A stretch of DNA of 64,000 bases from Octopus vulgaris (Eukaryota): positions 91,946,001 to 92,010,000 of the forward strand of contig OX597822.1 in the NCBI GenBank assembly GCA_951406725.2. Reading direction: 5' to 3'. Below the pieces are notes generated by a model. The model had not been told where the DNA came from and did not search any database. It worked only from the letters and a program-made list of their open reading frames with translations. This document shows positions 39,449-51,333 of the stretch, one piece after another; within the stretch, counting starts at the first letter, position 1; each line of letters opens with the position of its first letter. The position numbers and the translations under genes are program-made.

Positions 39449-41151
39449 CTGAAGTATTTTGACTAATATCGTTTTTACTTTATATTTTAAACAAACTCTT
39501 TTGCGAAACAAATAAGGTTAATTCTAAATATGGTAATAAATATTAGGGAGTCGTTAGTTCGATGTTTCCTGTGCGATAAGAGACTCTAGTGGATCGGTAT
39601 TCATTTTACATTCAACTATAGTTGATAAAAATTTAATTTTTATCAATGTTAGTACATTTTTTGTTTAGGAGTTGGAAAACCATCATCTATTACACCTTCT
39701 CGTTTTGCTCTGAAGGCGCTGATATTTTAATGAAAATAAATCTGCAAATTTTTATTGTAGATTATATTTACTTGACCAGTTTCATACACATACAAATGTG
39801 TGTGTGTGTGTGTGTGTAAATATATCGTTTTTGTATCTGGTTTGCAAGAGTGTTTATGTGAATTCGTGTGTTGAAGCAAATTTTGTTGTGTATGGGGAGA
39901 GCCATACTGTCTTAATGCCTTTATTATCCAACACACTCACCGGTTCGATTTCCACTCATTTATTATTTATATTTTTTTCCTTCCAAAGTTTTCGCTGCTT
40001 TTTGCAACTTTGTCAATGGATGTTGTCTGTTTGTGCGTATGTGTGTGCTTGTGTATGCACATAGGTGTGGGGAATGCATATATGTATGTACGTATGTATG
40101 TATGCGTCTGTGTATGTATTCTGCATATTCATGTGTTTGTGTGTATTTGTGCTTGTTTGAGTGTGTCTGTGCATATGGGTTTGTGTGACTATGTACATGT
40201 GTCTGTTATGTATGGATGTGTGTCTCCATATGTGTCTCTGTTTGGAGTGTGTATGTCCGTATGTATGTATGTATGCATGTGTGTATGGTCATGAGTTTCC
40301 GTCCCCCATTTTTTGTGCGTGTATGTGTGTGCGCTTGTCCTTGTTGCCTATGTACCTATCTATCTACTTATGTATCTATCTGTTTGGCTACATATCCATT
40401 TACGGCATTCTTTGATATGATAATATTTGACGTTTCTGCGGGTCAAAACGAAAGAATGGATTGTATGTAATTAAACATTAGAAAAAGTTCGGATCTTTTC
40501 CTTTTGATAGACGGAATTCAACACAATTTCTAGTTAACTAAACAATTTGAAACTTCGTATACTGGTAGAATGTGTCAAAAGAAAACATTATTTTCACTTG
40601 GCTTTTTTGATAAATTTGTAATTTGTAAGTTTAACGTAGTTTAATTCTTCGAATTTTAACCAAATGACTGAAACAAGTAAAAGAAAAGAAAAGAAAGAAT
40701 AATGATATCTGTGTCAAGTTTGGAGACCCAAGTGGGGAGCGTTAATCTTATATTTTTTCTTTAAAAAAAAACAAAAAAAAAAACAGAGGACAGTTTTTCA
40801 TGAGTTATCTCATTTGTAGCTGTACATAGTAATGATCAGAAAGCATGTAAAGCTTCCATCAGCACAGTCTCCATTTGTTAAAGCTTTAATTTCTTATTTT
40901 TAAGGGTTAATCTTTCATGTGGCTCCATCTGATCCCATTATACTTTTCATTCTACATCCAAATGAGCCTGTTGGTTCATATGACAAATTGAAATCCATGA
41001 CTAATTAGGAATTTTTTTCGATTTGGTTGCTGAAAAGGAGACCCTCTTGTCTGACAGAATAAATGATGACATTTGCCAAAAAATGGGGATGAAGGCATTT
41101 TCGAATAGTAAGAAGACAATTGATTATTAGAAAGTGGAGGAGGTTCTTTTA

Positions 41152-41362
41152 CCCTTTGGCATTTAAACCGGCCAAAAGTATTCTGCCCGTTTTATGTTCA
41201 AACTGGCCAGATCTTGTCTCTCACACCACCCCAACAATATCATTTTAAAAATTAACAGCTACCTCATCAAAATCTCATAGCTACAAGATAATGCATGATT
41301 AGTTCAAAACAATGTGGATTAAAAAGCATTAATTTTGGCAGAATAATGCGAACACTAAAGGG
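41152..41362 (+). mobile_element. piggyBac-type (TTAA) MITE
   Basis: TTTA|CCCTTT...AAAGGG|TTAA; inverted copy at 60643-60860. Confidence 0.75.
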
Positions 41363-42516
41363 TTAAAGTTTGTTACAAGTATTCAAAGGAATGAGTAGCT
41401 TTTATAAGAGAAGTATCATAATTCTTCAACAGACATTGGAACATTATAATGCATTAAATTAAGCATTCTTCTTATATCAAGAATTATGTAGTGATTCTAA
41501 ATTTATAGTTGTAAAAGTAGTAGCACATGTACAAGGCTTAATTTCGTTTATTAAAATATATGACTCTGTATACTAATATATTTTCTTAGTCTGCTTGTCT
41601 CTCAGTTATAATGTGCTGATAGCAAATTATATTTACTATTTCCATATTGTTCATCTCTCAAATTTACATTTATACATCTGACAGGTCATACTTTTGTATT
41701 TACATTTCAGATTTATATCATGACAAGATGAAGAAATACATTTATGTATTTATTTGTATGTTTTATTTCATATTTCATACCTGGGGTTGCGAAAAATCTT
41801 GTGATGCAAAATGGGGTCATGAATGAAAAATGTTTAAGAAGCGCTTCTTTAGAGGAATTTTTTCTATGCAATGGTAGAGTTTATATGGAGCAACAACCTG
41901 GGCACTTACCAAATAACAGGAATCTAAGCTATATGGAACTTTCACCGAAATGCTAAGAGCAGTCTTAAACATGTCTTGGAGAACTCATCGCACTAAGAAA
42001 CAGCTGTTTGGAGATCTCCTGTCTGTTTCCACCTTCATAAGGGAAAGGCACTCACACTTTGCAGGACATTTCTGGCAAACTAAACAAGATCTGACAAGTG
42101 ACCTATTTTCCATGCTGGTATGGTTTGGATTGATTTCACAGCCAAATGATAGGTCATACATTCCACCTGACTGTTGTTAAATTGCTCCTTTAACTGACCA
42201 CATTTCTTCATCTTGTCATGATATAAATCTGAAACATTCATCACACTGCATTGCCTTTGAAGACCAAAAAGTCCACAAGCAAAAAGTTGCTTATCTTTTC
42301 ATAAAGCCTTAAACAGAAACAATCTGACAACATAAAACTTTTCTCTCTCTAATGCCTATAAGCTGAAAACCTTTGTATGAATTATTACTTAGAGATGTGT
42401 ATATGAATACCATATTTTTCTAGCAATGTTTCATTGACGCTATCCTTTTTTTTTTTTTTTTTAGATTTATAGCATACAATGCATAAGACCCAGATGTAAT
42501 CATTACACATTACAAG

Positions 42517-42835
42517 ATGAAATGTAAACCCTGGACTTATTTTCGTCTTATTTTTGTCTCTGTCTCTGTCTGTGTCATACTTGTCTACTACTTAAGTGTC
42601 CCTGAAAATTCAGCATTAAATAAGCTTCAAAGTAAGCCACATTCTTCCACGTTCCATTTTTCATCAGAAGCAAATGAACTAGATTCAAAATTTCTAACAT
42701 GGAGAAAAGAGGCTTCTAAGAAGCAGCAAAGTTTTTTGGAAAGTCATCAGACAGCAGAAAAGAACACAGATGTAGGCCTTAAGGAAAGAATTGGAATTAT
42801 CCATGGAAAAGACAATGAAATAGAACGGAGTGAAG
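42517..42835 (+). CDS. GALNT11: Polypeptide N-acetylgalactosaminyltransferase 11-like, coding exon 1 (cytoplasmic tail, TM anchor, stem)
   Basis: Poly-T/AG acceptor at 42463-42464, ATG at 42517, MKCKPWTYFR followed by hydrophobic LIFVSVSVCVILVYYL (type II membrane anchor); donor AAG|GTTGTA after 42835 (phase 1) joins in frame to the next exon. Confidence 0.85.
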
Positions 42836-42933
42836 GTTGTATTATTACTAATTTCATTTTCAATTACTGTGTAACCATATTGTATTATATTGTAATAATG
42901 CTATTTTATAGGGCAATAAACATCCCCAAATAT

Positions 42934-43322
42934 AGGCGCAGGAGTGGCTGTGTGGTAAGTAGCTTGCTGACCAGCCACATGGTTCCGGGTTCAGTCCCAC
43001 TGCATGGCATCTTGGGCAAGTGTCTTCTGCTATAGCCCTGGGCCGACCAATGCCTTGTGAGTGGATTTGGTAGACGGAAACTGAAAGAAGCCTGTCGTAT
43101 ATATGTATATATATGTATGTGTGTGTGTTTGTGTCTGTCCCCCTAGCATTGCTTGACAACCAATGCTGGTGTGTTTGCGTCCCCGTCACTTAGCGGTTCG
43201 GCAAAAGAGACCGATAGAATAAGTACTGGGCTTACAAAGAATAAGTCCCGGGGTCGATTTGCTCGACTGAAGACGGTGCTCCAGCATGGCCGCTGTCAAA
43301 TGACTGAAACAAGTAAGGAGTA
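42934..43322 (+). mobile_element. tRNA-derived SINE (major family)
   Basis: Near-identical to 5280-5691. Confidence 0.9.
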
Positions 43323-43633
43323 AATCTCCTCACTACTATCCTTACAGCACCAAGGCCTTGTAACAGTATCATAAATCACTATCACTAATATTAACTATAT
43401 CTTTTAGCACACATCATATGATGTAATCCTTTACTTATATAAAAGCATGATGTTGGTGATGGATCCTTGTTTATCACCAACATCAGTGAAGAACCCATGA
43501 ATGATTTCATGTATCTCAATTCTGAGATAGTCTCAACTGAAAAGGACATAAGAACTCAGATAGCTAAAGCATGGTTAGCCATAAACAAACTGGATGTTGT
43601 CTGGAAATGAATCCTGTTGGACATCCTTTAGAG

Positions 43634-44112
43634 CAGTGCTTCTTAATCTATGGGTCGTAACCCCAAATGGGGGGTCATGAAAATTAAATTCAAACCCTTG
43701 AATTTCAGTTTATATACTATTTCACAAATGCACAATATTTAACGTGATGTGCCACATAAATATGTGAAATGACTTGTTCAGCTTTAACCCTTATTAAAAC
43801 CAAATATTGTTCAATGCTGAAAAATGCTCAGTAGTGTCAAATTTTACATTAAGGTTTAATTTGTTATGCAGCAAAAAACAAGCACATCCATCACATTGAT
43901 TTTTACTTTGGTTTATTTTTGTACTTGAAACAAATCTTAAAACTACTTTTATTTTAACAAATAATATAACTACTTTCTTTATATGTATATTGTTCAGCAA
44001 AAAAATTAAATGATTTATGTATTTATTTGTATGTTTTATTTCATATTTAATACCTGGGGTTGCGAAAAATCTTGTGACGCAAAATGGGGTCATGAATGAA
44101 AAATGTTTAAGA
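43634..44112 (+). mobile_element. hAT MITE, left part (right end displaced to 41740-41846)
   Basis: TIR CAGTGCTTCTTAA after 8-bp TSD CTTTAGAG. Confidence 0.8.
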
Positions 44113-44546
44113 CAAAATGATTTTACTTTCCAATTGTACTGTAAATGCTAAATGTACATAAATAAACTAATGTAGTAATTATTTTTTCTTTCTTGACGTT
44201 CTTCAACTTGTTAGTGTATTTTTTTATAGCAGTTAAAAGAACATGAATTTATTTATCTTCAACATACATGCACACATAAAATGTCCGTTAGTGTTTCAGA
44301 GTATGTATTTCTCACTATGGTGTTTATGTAGCTGGAGTCAGAATTTATATATAATGATAACATTTATAAGTAAGTTATAAGTGATATGTTTACTTCAAAA
44401 GTAAAATATATTTATTATCTATTTCCAAATAGGAAACATATAAAAGTAGTGTTACACAAACAGTAACCAAACTGACTATAAAAAGTGGTGACCTCCCGAC
44501 ATGATCACATAGATTAAAAAGGAAATTGTCAGTTTAGACAGAGTTA

Positions 44547-45668
44547 TTGGGTTGTCCGGAAAGTTCATGCCGATTTATAGTACCTTACCTTTCGACTTAT
44601 TTTAGAACATGGTTGAGTTCATAAAATAGGATTTGGCTACACCTCCATTTAGAGCACAGTTTAAGCTATCTTTTCATGGAAGAAGGTTTATGTTCCTATA
44701 ACCTGTGTTAATTCTGTAACCCTTTAAAATAGAAGATAAGAAAGTTCATTTTCGGCACTTGATGCTTTTCTTTTTCCGTAAAGGAGAAAAATGCCTCACA
44801 AGCAACCAAAGAAATATGCGCAGTTTAACGGTGATGTTTCTTTATCCAAAAGAACTGTAGGGAAGTGGTTCGCAAGGTTCCAAGCTGGAGATTATAGCTT
44901 TATTGATAAAGATCAATCAGGCAGACCATCCACTACAGATGATGACCAAATCAAGTCATTAATTTAGAATAACCCACATTGCACGACCCGAGAATTGGCA
45001 GAAAGCCTGAACCTATCAAAATCTGTCGTTCATGAGCACCTGGTAAAGCTTGGGTACATAAATCGCTACGATGTTTAGGTACCACATGAGTTGAGTGAGA
45101 AGAACCTTTTGGATCACATTTCCATCTGTGATTCACTTTATAAATGGAATGAAAACGCACCTTTTGTAAAGCAAATTGTGACAGGTGATGAGAAATGGAT
45201 TATCTACCGAAATGTTCAGAAAAAGCAAGTAAGTGACATGAGCCAGCCTTAGCCACCCCAAAAGCGGGTCTTCACCCTAAAAAGTCTTGCTTTGTGTCTG
45301 GTGGGATTGGAAAGGAATTCTGTACTATGAGCTTCTCCCATGTAACCAAACAATTAATTCTGAGAAATACAGCACACAACCAGATGAGTTAAAAGCAGCA
45401 ATTCAAGAGAAACGTCCAGAATTGGCCAACAGGAAGGGTGTTGTTTTCCAACATGATAATGCAAGACCACATGTTTCTTTGGGAACCAGACAAAAATTGC
45501 TGCAGCTCGGCTGGGATGTGTTACCCCACCCTCCATATTCACCAGATATTGCTCCTTCGGATTTCCACTTATTCAGGTCTCTGCAGAATAGTCTTAATGG
45601 TAAAAATTTCAATTCCTTGGATGATGTAAAAAGATACCTTGATGAATTCTTTGCCATGAAACCACCTC
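44547..45668 (+). mobile_element. Degenerate mariner transposon, 3' truncated
   Basis: TA-TTGGGTTGTCCGGAAAGTTC TIR; TGDEKW, QHDNARPH, HPPYSPDIAPSDFHLF. Confidence 0.92.
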
Positions 45669-45779
45669 ATGTTTGTTTGATTTAAGTCATAGACATGGCA
45701 TAAAAAATAGCCAATATCTCAAGGAGTGAGGGTCATGGAGTTTAGTAACATCCAGCGATCACTATTGTGAGTGTTGTGG

Positions 45780-46850
45780 AGTTTAGTAACATCCTACGAT
45801 CACTGAGTAATTTCCCAAAAATCAGGGTTTTTATAACTGCTCATATCCGAATTCTAAGAACCGTATTTCATGAAAGATTTCTTTGACAAAAGTTTAGAAT
45901 TCGTATATGGGCAGTAATTTTAACCAGTGGGATACCAACAATTATGCTTGTTTGGGAAAACGGCCATTACATCATATTGCCGCCTTTTATGACTTTCTGT
46001 GGCACCAACTCAACTTGTCCAACAAAACATTAGGGAACAACCTTTTCACTTCTTTTTTAAAAATTTTCTGACTCTTGCATTCCTTATTAATGATTCCAGC
46101 ATATGTATCTTCTTTTTTTTTTTATATTCATGCATTGCCAGCACATATTAAATAAAGAGATTTTTTTGCTGAATATTTTTGATAGATTATCTACTGTTTC
46201 TTCAAAATAGATTCACCCAGTCTCTTTAGTAATATGTAATTGCAATATTTTTCATGCTCGGCTGGTGCCAACTTTCTCAACAAATGTCACAGTTTTTTTC
46301 ATTTGGCCAGCCAGAGCATTCTTCTTTAAAAATTTCCTCATACCTTCTAAAGTAAGCCAGAAAAGTAGTACCCTTATCTGAGTTATATGCAAACTCTCCG
46401 ATGGAGTTTGCGACTATCAGATGAACAAATTCAATATATTTTCTGTTTTGCTAAGTAGCAGTTGTATTAACAGTTATTGTTGCTTCTGCAATTTTAACAA
46501 CTGCTATTATTGCTCTTTCTGTAATTCAATTGCCAAAGCTAGTAAGTCTTCCATGTTGAAACAACAATCTCTCCAGCGTGTGTTTTAATATCTCATCACC
46601 AAAGATGTTATGATATGAGTTGTACATGTCGGGTGTAAGGAAAGTATTACCCAAATAAATATTTGGATATGGTTATCTAGAAAAAACCTTTCGCAGAATT
46701 AATATGTTCACACAGAACACACTCTGTACTTCTCCAAACGTAGTTATGACATTAAACTAACACAGTAACCAATACGGCTGATCAACTCTGTCAACTATAC
46801 CATTGTCAACTACTGACAGTTCACACAGTTTCTTTTGTCCACATTCAGTA
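45780..46850 (-). mobile_element. Gypsy 5' remnant: LTR end, PBS and gag
   Basis: Minus strand ...AACA followed by TTTGGTGATGAG (PBS-like, ~46592-46603); gag-like YFRRYEEIFKEEC...LLRKLAPAEHEKYCNYIL. Confidence 0.7.
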
Positions 46851-46959
46851 ATGTGGTGATCAGGATCCTTCCACAACACTAAGACTGAAAATACATTAAA
46901 AACTTATTCATATTGCTAAATCAACTGTTTGTTACATGCAACAAAATAAGCTTCTCATA

Positions 46960-49186
46960 AATCATCATCATCATCATCATCATTTAGCGTCCGTTCTCCA
47001 TGCTAGCATGGGTTGGACGGTTCAACTGGGGTCTGTGAAGCTGGAAGGCTTCATCAGGCCCAGTCAGATCTGGCAGTGTTTCTACGGGTGGATGCCCTTC
47101 CTAACGCCAACCACTCCGTGAGTGTAGTGGGTGCTTTTTACGTGCCACCCGCACAGGTGCCAGACAGAGCTGGCAAACGGCCACGAACGGATGGTGCTTT
47201 TACGTGTCACCGGCACGGGGGCCAGGCGAGGCTGGCAACGGGCACGAACGGATGGTGCTTTTACATGCCACCGACACGGGGGCCAGACAGGGCTGGCAAA
47301 CGGACACGAACGGATGGTGCTTTTACGTGTCACCGGCACGGGGGCCAGGCGAGGCTGGCAACGGACACGAACGGATGGTGCTTTTACATGTCACCTACAT
47401 GGGGGCCAGACAGGGCTGGCAAACGGACACGAACAGATGGTGCTTTTACATGTCACCGACATGGGGGCCAGACAGGGCTGGCAAATGGCCACGAACGGAT
47501 GGTGCTTTTACGTGTCACCGGCACGGGGGCCAGACAGAGCTGGCAAACGGCCACAAACGGATGGTGCTTTTACGTATCACCGGCACGGGGGCCAGGCCAG
47601 GCTGGCAACGAACACGAACGGATGGTGCTTTTACGTGCCACCGACACGGGGGCCAGACAGGGCTGGCAAACGGCTACGAACGGATGGTACTTTTACGTGT
47701 CACCTGCACGGGGGCCCTGATGTTGATCGACCTCAATTTGGTTTGATCTTGATTTTGACTGTTCTCACTGGTCTTGCCGGGTTTTCTCACGCACATCATA
47801 CCTCCAAAGGTCTCGGTCACTGGTCATTTCCTTGGTGAGGCCTAAAGTTCGAAGGTCGTGCTTCACCGCCTCGACCCAGGTTTTCCTGGGTCTACCTCTT
47901 CCACAGGTCCCCTCAACTGCCAGGGTGTGGCACTTTCGCACACAACTATCTTCAGCCATTCTCATCACATGACCATACCAGCGCATACGTCTCTCTTGCA
48001 CACAACAACTGATGCTTCTTAGGTTCAACTTTTCTCTCAAGGTACTTACACTCTGTCGATTATGAACACTGACGTTACACATCCATCGGAGCATACTAGC
48101 TTCATTTCTTGCGAGCTTACGCAAATCCTCAGCAGTCACAGCCCAAATTTCACTACCATGTAGCATGGCTGTACGTACACATGCATCATACAGTCTGCCT
48201 TTTACTTTGAGCGAGAGGCCTTTTGTCACCAGCAGGGGTAAGAGCTCTCTAAACTTTGCCCAGGCTATTCTTACTCTAGCAGTTATACTTTCAGCGCACC
48301 CGCCCCCGCTACTGACTTGGTCACCTAGGTAACGGAAACTATCAACTACTTCTAGCTTTTCTCCCTGGAAAGTGACGGAAGTTGGTCTCAGAGCATTTTC
48401 AGTGTTAATTGTTCCTGAACATCTGCCACATACAAAAACCATCTTCCTAGTTAGCCTTCCTTTGACATTGCTGCACCTCTTATGTGTCCATAGCTTACAC
48501 TTGGTGCATCTTATAGAGTTTCTACCTACACCTTTTCTACAGATCGAGCAGGGCCATCTACCTGAAGGCGTTTGTGATTGGTCTACCTTCCTACTTATTA
48601 GGACTTTGGTTTTGGCTAGGTTGATTCTAAGGCCCTTCGATTCTAAACCTTGTTTCCATACCTGAAACTTCTCCTCTAGTTCTGATAGAGACTCAGCAAT
48701 TAGAGCAAGGTCATCAGCATAGAGGAGCTCCCAGGGGCATCCTGTCTTGAATTCCTCCGTTATTGCCTGGAGGACTATGATAAATAGGAGGGGACTGAGG
48801 ACTGAACCTTGGTGGACCCCAACCTCTACCCTGAATTCTTCACTGTACTCAGTGCCAACCCTCACCTTACTAGCAGCGTCTCTGTACATGGCTTGTACAG
48901 CTTTCACTAACCATTCATCTATCCCTAGTTTCCTCATTGACCACCAGATGAGGGATCGGGGGACCCTGTCGAAGGCTTTCTCCATATCAACAAAAGCCAG
49001 GTATAGGGGCTTGTCTTCGGCTAGGTATTTCTCTTGCAGCTGTCTTACCATGAAAATAGCATCAGTAGTACTTTTCCCTGGCACGAACCCAAACTGCATC
49101 TGATCTAGGCTAACTCTCTCTCTAATTAGTTGGGCTATAACCCTCTCCATAACCTTCATTACCTGATCCAGCAGCTTGATACCCCT
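46960..49186 (-). mobile_element. Young 5'-truncated RTE-X LINE in GALNT11 intron
   Basis: Uninterrupted 464-aa ORF 47765-49159 (QFGF, FVDMEKAFD, GVHQGSVLSP, LYADD) plus 3' UTR repeat array and (TGA)n tail. Confidence 0.95.
47131..47715. repeat. Minisatellite of about 9-10 units of 61-62 bp in the LINE 3' UTR
   Basis: GGATGGTGCTTTTAC recurs every 61-62 bp; two unit variants. Confidence 0.92.
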
Positions 49187-49313
49187 ATTTTTAATTAATT
49201 ATCAAAAGAAATTTTCTTTTTCAAGAACTTAAAGAAGATAAGCAACTGCTATCCCATGACACTATCAATTTGTATAATTTGTTGTTAATTTCTTTTTATT
49301 TGTATGTTTTTAG

Positions 49314-49395
49314 GTTATCGTCTCTATGCTTTCAATGTATTGATAAGTAATCGAATTGGCTTGATCAGAAATTTACCAGATACTCGTCCCCCCGA
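49314..49395 (+). CDS. GALNT11: GALNT11-like coding exon 2
   Basis: tttttag|GT acceptor, GA|gtaagt donor; translates GYRLYAFNVLISNRIGLIRNLPDTRPP, the conserved GalNAc-T FN..SDR...R..PDTR motif. Confidence 0.95.
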
Positions 49396-49876
49396 GTAAG
49401 TATTTCAGTATTATTGTTATATCAGGAGTTATCAATCAATATTGCATCTTCTTCATTTTAATTTCTATTTAACTTGATTTTATCTACATGGTTAATCTTG
49501 TTTTAAACTGCTTTTACTACCATTGTATAATCTGGTGTTTTATTTCATCTACATAGCATAATGAAACTTTAAATTAGATAAAGCTTTACCTCATCATCAA
49601 AAAATATTATACTTCAGTGTAAATGAATATTTACTCATAAGAGAATGAGATTGGGCAATTTTCTAACCTCATGGGTTATGTCTTGGGAGGTTATTTTATT
49701 TGTTGTCACATAATTTTGTATTCTATTCTCATTTATGATTAGTTTAGGACTTTGAGAGGCTCACTCAACTGAACTGCTTAAGGGACTGAAGTAGTGGTTT
49801 GCAACATCCCTTGAATCATGATTTCCTCTTCACCTTGTCCCACCAGAAGTGAAAATACTATCATCTTTTAGTGATT

Positions 49877-50540
49877 TCATCATTATCATCATCGTTTAAC
49901 ATCCGTTTTCCGCGCTAGCACGGGTTGGACGGTTCGACCGGGGTCTGGGAAGCCAGGGCTGCACCAGACTCCAGTCTGATCTGGCAGTGTTTCTACAGCT
50001 GGATGCCCTTCCTAACGCCAACCACTCCGCGAGTGTATTGGGTGCTTTTTACGTGCCACCTGCACAGGTGCCAGGGGGGGTCTGGCATCGGCCACGATCG
50101 GTTGGTACTTTTAGCGTGCCACTGGCACGGAAGCCAGCCAAGGCGGCGCTGGCATCGGCCATTTTCGGATGGTGCTTTTTATGTGCCACCGGCACAGAAG
50201 CCAGTCGAGGCAGCGCTGGCATCGGCCACATTCGGATGGTGCTTTTTATGTGCCACCGGCACAGGTATCAGAACTACTATTTCCATTGATATTTGTTTCG
50301 ATGTTCATGTACATGCACTTGACTCAACAGGTCTCCTCAAGCACAGCGAGATGTTCCGGGATCCAAGGTACTTTGAACGGGCAGGGACTATGCGGAACTG
50401 GTGCCGGAAGCATCCCGAGTCTTTGTAGTCCCAGCACATCTCCAGAGATCTCGGTCCTTCGCCATTGCCTCAGTGAGGCCCAACGCTCTGAGGTCATGCT
50501 TGACTACCTCATCCCATGTCTTCCTGGGTGTTCCTCTCCC
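49877..50540 (-). mobile_element. RTE-X LINE 3' fragment
   Basis: ORF2 C-terminus (RGTPRKTWDEVVKHDLR), 3' UTR repeats and tail. Confidence 0.85.
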
Positions 50541-51166
50541 CATTGAATATAATTTTCATTACTTTCAAACTCTTTCTACACTGATGATCTTGGTGATGAA
50601 GATGAATCATTTTACATTCAGAACTGTTGACAGAAGTTAGCTAGTATCTACACTTACCTATATTGCTGGGATTTTTTTTTTCTCTCTTCCACAAATCCGT
50701 CTTCTACCCTTTGTGTACCTAAAAATCATTTGATTACTGTATTATTAAGGTAACTCATTTCATATCCTGCTCCTGCACAACTCCATATCTCAGTAACCTT
50801 TTGCCAAAATATTGGATAAAAGAAGGAGAAATATCAGGAAATTCTTGAATAAATAATAAAAAAGTGGTTGTTGCATTGCTTTAAATAAATTATGTACGAC
50901 AATGTAGAAATGACTGCTATCTGGGAAAGTTCTGAAATTATATAAAAAATTATTTATTTAAATAAGTTGTTTGTAACATAGAACCATGGAATGCCTCTCA
51001 AAAATACATCCATATTTATTTGAATTCAGGAAACTAAGGGACTGAACTCAGTACAGCAATGCATCCACCTCTTTATCTGTGGACTCTTAGATTAGTCAAA
51101 AGAAATCAACATTGCTATTATTTGGATTAAATCTTTGCTTTCTTTTTCTTGCATCTTCTGTTTCAG

Positions 51167-51333
51167 GTGTCCAAAGGAAATCCATTTACAAGTGCCACTC
51201 AAAGCAAGTGTAATTTTATGTTTCTATAATGAAGCACGATCAACTTTATATCGGTCAGTTAATACTGTGATGAAAAGGTCTCCTCCGGAAATGATTCATG
51301 AAATAATACTTGTTGATGACCTCAGCAGTCAAC
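51167..51333 (+). CDS. GALNT11: GALNT11-like coding exon 3
   Basis: tttcag| acceptor, C|gtaagc donor; [53 protein letters not shown] (start of GT-A catalytic domain). Confidence 0.96.

Noticed and set aside
41728-41826. Small ORF MKKYIYVFICMFYFIFHTWGCEKSCDAKWGHE resembling a secreted peptide
   Set aside because: Almost entirely the duplicated hAT MITE end; hydrophobicity comes from T-rich sequence
42836-43035. 3' extension of the 172-aa ORF
   Set aside because: Read-through of the exon 1 donor into intron and SINE
47131-47715. Regular repeat array resembling CRISPR
   Set aside because: No unique spacers, eukaryotic context, and it lies in a LINE 3' UTR; the 180-235 aa ORFs across it are repeat artefacts
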